A stretch of DNA of 32,000 bases from Anaerobacillus isosaccharinicus (GTDB lineage: Bacteria; Bacillota; Bacilli; Bacillales; Anaerobacillaceae): assembly GCF_001866075.4 (NCBI RefSeq), contig NZ_CP063356.2:826164-858163 (forward strand), in the 5' to 3' direction. This document shows positions 29,212 through 32,000 of this stretch, piece by piece. A model generated the notes under the pieces. It was not told the DNA's origin. It saw only the letters and a list, made by a program, of their open reading frames with translations, and searched no databases. Position numbers and translations under genes: made by a program. Each line of letters starts with the position of its first letter. Position 1 is the first letter of the stretch.

Positions 29212-29688
29212 TTATGGATAAAATGTTACAATAATCTTATAAGCATCAGCAATTCCCTCAATTAATTCTTGATGATAACGCTCTACAAAATGTAACGTCT
29301 TGTCTGGTCCGGTATCAGAGGCAATTAGATGTTCATCCATTTGCTCTAATGCTCTTTGTATGTCTTTTTCATTATATCCTGAAGTCGTAAAAGGGATTAC
29401 TAATTCTTCATATAAATAATGTTTTTTTTCTTTTGAGGTAAACCCAAAATCGATAAAAGTATTCTTAGGATCAGGATTTTCTAGCAGATAAAGGGTGAAT
29501 CCTGCTTCAAAGACATTGTTTTCTTTTAACAGATTTTCCAGCTGTTGTTCATCACCACTATTATTTACAATAATACCGAATTGATAATAGTCTAGATGAT
29601 GTTCGTTAATAAAATGTTGAATATCCCTATAGTCAGGAAGAATTTCTGACGTTTCATTTACTAGCTCTAGCGCAATGTTTTTTTTCAT
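29212..29688 (-). CDS. Hypothetical protein
   Basis: MKKNIALELVNETSEILPDYRDIQHFINEHHL...; GGGAGGG upstream of the ATG at 29688. Confidence 0.75.
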   Translation of the reverse strand: MKKNIALELVNETSEILPDYRDIQHFINEHHLDYYQFGIIVNNSGDEQQLENLLKENNVFEAGFTLYLLENPDPKNTFIDFGFTSKEKKHYLYEELVIPFTTSGYNEKDIQRALEQMDEHLIASDTGPDKTLHFVERYHQELIEGIADAYKIIVTFYP

Positions 29689-29849
29689 ATGCCCTCCCAA
29701 TATTGATAATTTTATGAATGTTTATTAAATCAATAATCGTGCATTTTTTTACTAGCTACAGCATCCTAGTATCTTTCAAACAATATTATGAAATTCATTA
29801 ATTTAAGTGTAAAATAAAAGACAACAAATATGCAAAGGAGACGATTTAG

Positions 29850-30488
29850 ATGGAGTGGAAACAAATACCGTTAGGGCCTTTACAAACTAACGCTTATGTT
29901 TTATATAATGAGAATAAAGAGGCTGTAATTTTTGATCCTGGTGGTGAGGGGGACAAATTAAACAAATGGCTTAAATCCGAAGGGTTATCACCAATCGCTA
30001 TTTTACTTACCCATGCCCATTTTGATCATATTGGTGCTGTTGATGAAGTACGTGATCATTGGGAAATTCCAGTCTATCTACATAAGAAGGAAAAAGAATG
30101 GTTAGCTGATCCGAAAAAAAATGGCTCCGCATTATTTATGGGGGTAAATGCTATAAAGGTAAAAAGTGCTGATTTTCTAATTAAAGAAGAAGGAAAACTT
30201 GAGATTGGTTCTTTTATTTTTGACGTGTTAGAAACACCCGGACATTCTCCAGGTAGCATTTCTTACTACTTTCAAAAGCTAGGGATAGTTTTCTCTGGAG
30301 ATGCTTTGTTTGCTGGTGGAATTGGGAGAACTGACTTACCAGGTGGAAGTCATGAAGTGTTAATGAATAGTATTAATCAAAAATTAATGGAATTACCAGA
30401 GAATACAATCGTTGCAAGTGGCCATGGTCCACTTACTAGAGTTGGTATCGAGATGGATTCCAATCCGTTTTTATCAGGTCTTGCTTAA
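29850..30488 (+). CDS. MBL-fold metallo-hydrolase (YqgX/glyoxalase II-like)
   Basis: LTHAHFDHIGAVDEVRDHWEIPVYLH, ETPGHSPGSISYY, FSGDALFAGGIGRTDLPGG, ASGHGPLT. Confidence 0.94.
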   Translation: MEWKQIPLGPLQTNAYVLYNENKEAVIFDPGGEGDKLNKWLKSEGLSPIAILLTHAHFDHIGAVDEVRDHWEIPVYLHKKEKEWLADPKKNGSALFMGVNAIKVKSADFLIKEEGKLEIGSFIFDVLETPGHSPGSISYYFQKLGIVFSGDALFAGGIGRTDLPGGSHEVLMNSINQKLMELPENTIVASGHGPLTRVGIEMDSNPFLSGLA

Positions 30489-30542
30489 TTTTAATAAAAA
30501 AGGAAAATGGTGGAACACTATGAAAAACGAGGAGGTTTTAGT

Positions 30543-30758
30543 TTGAGTAGTGTTTCTATCTTTCCAATGAATTTATTCCAAGTGCTATTTGGGCTCTCTA
30601 TGAATGGGTGGATTTTAATCATTATCATGTTAAGTTTATCCGGAGCAGCTTTTTTTATCTATTACGGCGCTAAAAAAAGTGGTCAATTTGAAGATGTTGA
30701 AGGCATTAAGTATCGAATGCTATTTGAAGAAGAAGAAGAGTGGGAGCTTAACGATTAA
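30543..30758 (+). CDS. CcoS-like small membrane protein (cbb3 oxidase assembly type)
   Basis: MSSVSIFPMNLFQVLFGLSMNGWILIIIMLSLSGAAFFIYYGAKKSGQFEDVEGIKYRMLFEEEEEWELND; SGQF(E/D)D(V/L)EG...R(I/M)LF motif; TTG start after GAGGAGG. Confidence 0.7.
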   Translation: MSSVSIFPMNLFQVLFGLSMNGWILIIIMLSLSGAAFFIYYGAKKSGQFEDVEGIKYRMLFEEEEEWELND

Positions 30759-30968
30759 AAAAAAGGAAGCTGACTCTACGGGAGCCAGCTTCAAATGGGG
30801 AGTTAATCTTAGTTATCATAAATGAACTTTTGAGGGGAGGGGGAACTCCCGAAGATCATTGCTAACTTACAAATTTATTATATAATGATATTAACAACGT
30901 GTCAACAGTGTTAATTATTTTTTTAATTATTTTTTAGCATTCTGCGCTTTTCTAATGGGGGAGATGAA

Positions 30969-32000
30969 TTGAAAGATATTGTAGTAGAAAAAATAAAGAA
31001 AACTGATAAAAAATTGATGACCTATGCAGACTATATGAATTATGTCCTTTATGATCCAGAGATTGGATATTATATGAAAGACAAAAAAAAGCTCGGGCGA
31101 GATGGAGACTTTTATACGAGTAGTGGTGTTCATGCAGTGTTTGGACGGGCATTTGCACATTTTTTTCTAGATGTTATTGAAAAAGAGGGATTACCAGCAA
31201 CTATTTGTGAGTTTGGTGGTGGTGATGGAAGATTTGCAAAAGCGGTTCTTGATGAGTGGGAACTTATTACACAAAATAAGCCGTTAGATTATACGATTAT
31301 CGAGACGAGCCCTTTTCATAGACAAGAGCAAAGTAAACTTTTAAGTGAGAACAATAGATTTAGACAATTTGCTAGTTTAGAAGACTTACAGAAAAATGAG
31401 ACAAATCAATTTGAAGGAATTATCTTTTCAAATGAATTACTCGATGCTTTTCCAGTCCATGTTGTAGAAAAATTTGAACAGAATATCTTAGAAGTATTTG
31501 TTTCTGTTGACGAAAAAGAAAATCTGATTGAACGAAAAGAAGTCTGTACGAATGAAAAGATTCTTAATTGGCTAGCCACATACGGTCCACCTTTAATCGA
31601 AGGGCAGCGAATAGAAGTTCCTATTTATATGAATTCCTGGATGAAGAGCATAAATTCTTTCCTTAAACGAGGTTTTTTAATAACAATCGATTATGGCTTT
31701 ACGAAAGAAGACTGGGCGATGCCACAAAGGAAAGATGGTAGTCTTCGTGGATATTACAAGCATCAAATGATTAACAATCCGCTAGAAAATCCAACAGACA
31801 TGGATTTAACCACTCATATTCACTTAGATGCCTATGAAATGATAGCTAACGAGGTCGGCTTAAAAAAAGTTGTAGCAGAAAAACAAAATCGATTTTTAAT
31901 AATGATTGGAATGCTTAAATTTCTGCAAGAGAATTATGATCCAAATCCTTTTTCAAAAAAGAGTAAACTAAATCGAGCCATTAAAACTTTAATAATGGAT
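30969..32000 (+). CDS. COG1565/MidA (NDUFAF7)-like SAM-dependent methyltransferase, 3' truncated by window end
   Basis: Open frame from TTG 30969 to window end: LMTYADYMNYVLYDPEIGYYMKDKKKLGRDGDFYTSSGVHAVFGRAFA, ICEFGGGDGRFA, GIIFSNELLDAFPVHVV, LITIDYGF. Missing from the ORF track because it has no stop. Confidence 0.85.
   Translation, partial: MKDIVVEKIKKTDKKLMTYADYMNYVLYDPEIGYYMKDKKKLGRDGDFYTSSGVHAVFGRAFAHFFLDVIEKEGLPATICEFGGGDGRFAKAVLDEWELITQNKPLDYTIIETSPFHRQEQSKLLSENNRFRQFASLEDLQKNETNQFEGIIFSNELLDAFPVHVVEKFEQNILEVFVSVDEKENLIERKEVCTNEKILNWLATYGPPLIEGQRIEVPIYMNSWMKSINSFLKRGFLITIDYGFTKEDWAMPQRKDGSLRGYYKHQMINNPLENPTDMDLTTHIHLDAYEMIANEVGLKKVVAEKQNRFLIMIGMLKFLQENYDPNPFSKKSKLNRAIKTLIMD

Noticed and set aside
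30927-31160. Two overlapping minus-strand ORFs (30927-31160 and 30952-31158)
   Set aside because: They overlap the start of the clearly coding COG1565-like methyltransferase on the plus strand and have low-complexity content.

Overview
This 32 kb window looks like a low-GC Firmicute (Bacillaceae-type, endospore-forming) chromosome. It covers a yqg-type neighbourhood: rpmG, 5-FTHF cyclo-ligase, gluP rhomboid, yqgQ, glcK, yqgU, yqgV domain, DUF2759 and the YqgX-type MBL hydrolase, ending in a COG1565/MidA-like methyltransferase. The left part carries a compact predicted glycan operon: HTH+DUF4912, a GH57-GT4 bifunctional protein, an NDP-sugar pyrophosphorylase fused to a phosphomutase domain that has lost its catalytic motifs, and an overlapping orphan gene. 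Other items are ldh, an M42 peptidase, a SpoVAF/GerA-like germination protein, one transposase gene between glcK and yqgU, and a TPP riboswitch ahead of thiE-thiS-thiD. Genes missed or truncated in the ORF track are rpmG, a DUF2759 protein and the 3' partial methyltransferase. The items most worth a second look are: (1) the GH57-GT4 / pseudo-phosphomutase operon; (2) a DUF1385-YqgV in-frame fusion with a strong Shine-Dalgarno and TTG start inside it; (3) a degenerate MalK-like ATPase translationally coupled to glucokinase; (4) 7-bp tandem repeat arrays just 3' of stop codons; (5) a structured leader upstream of yqgU; (6) a structured intergenic repeat abutting the DUF2759 stop codon. No CRISPR, tRNA, rRNA or recognisable defence island was seen. 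All family assignments come from reading motifs, with no database search.
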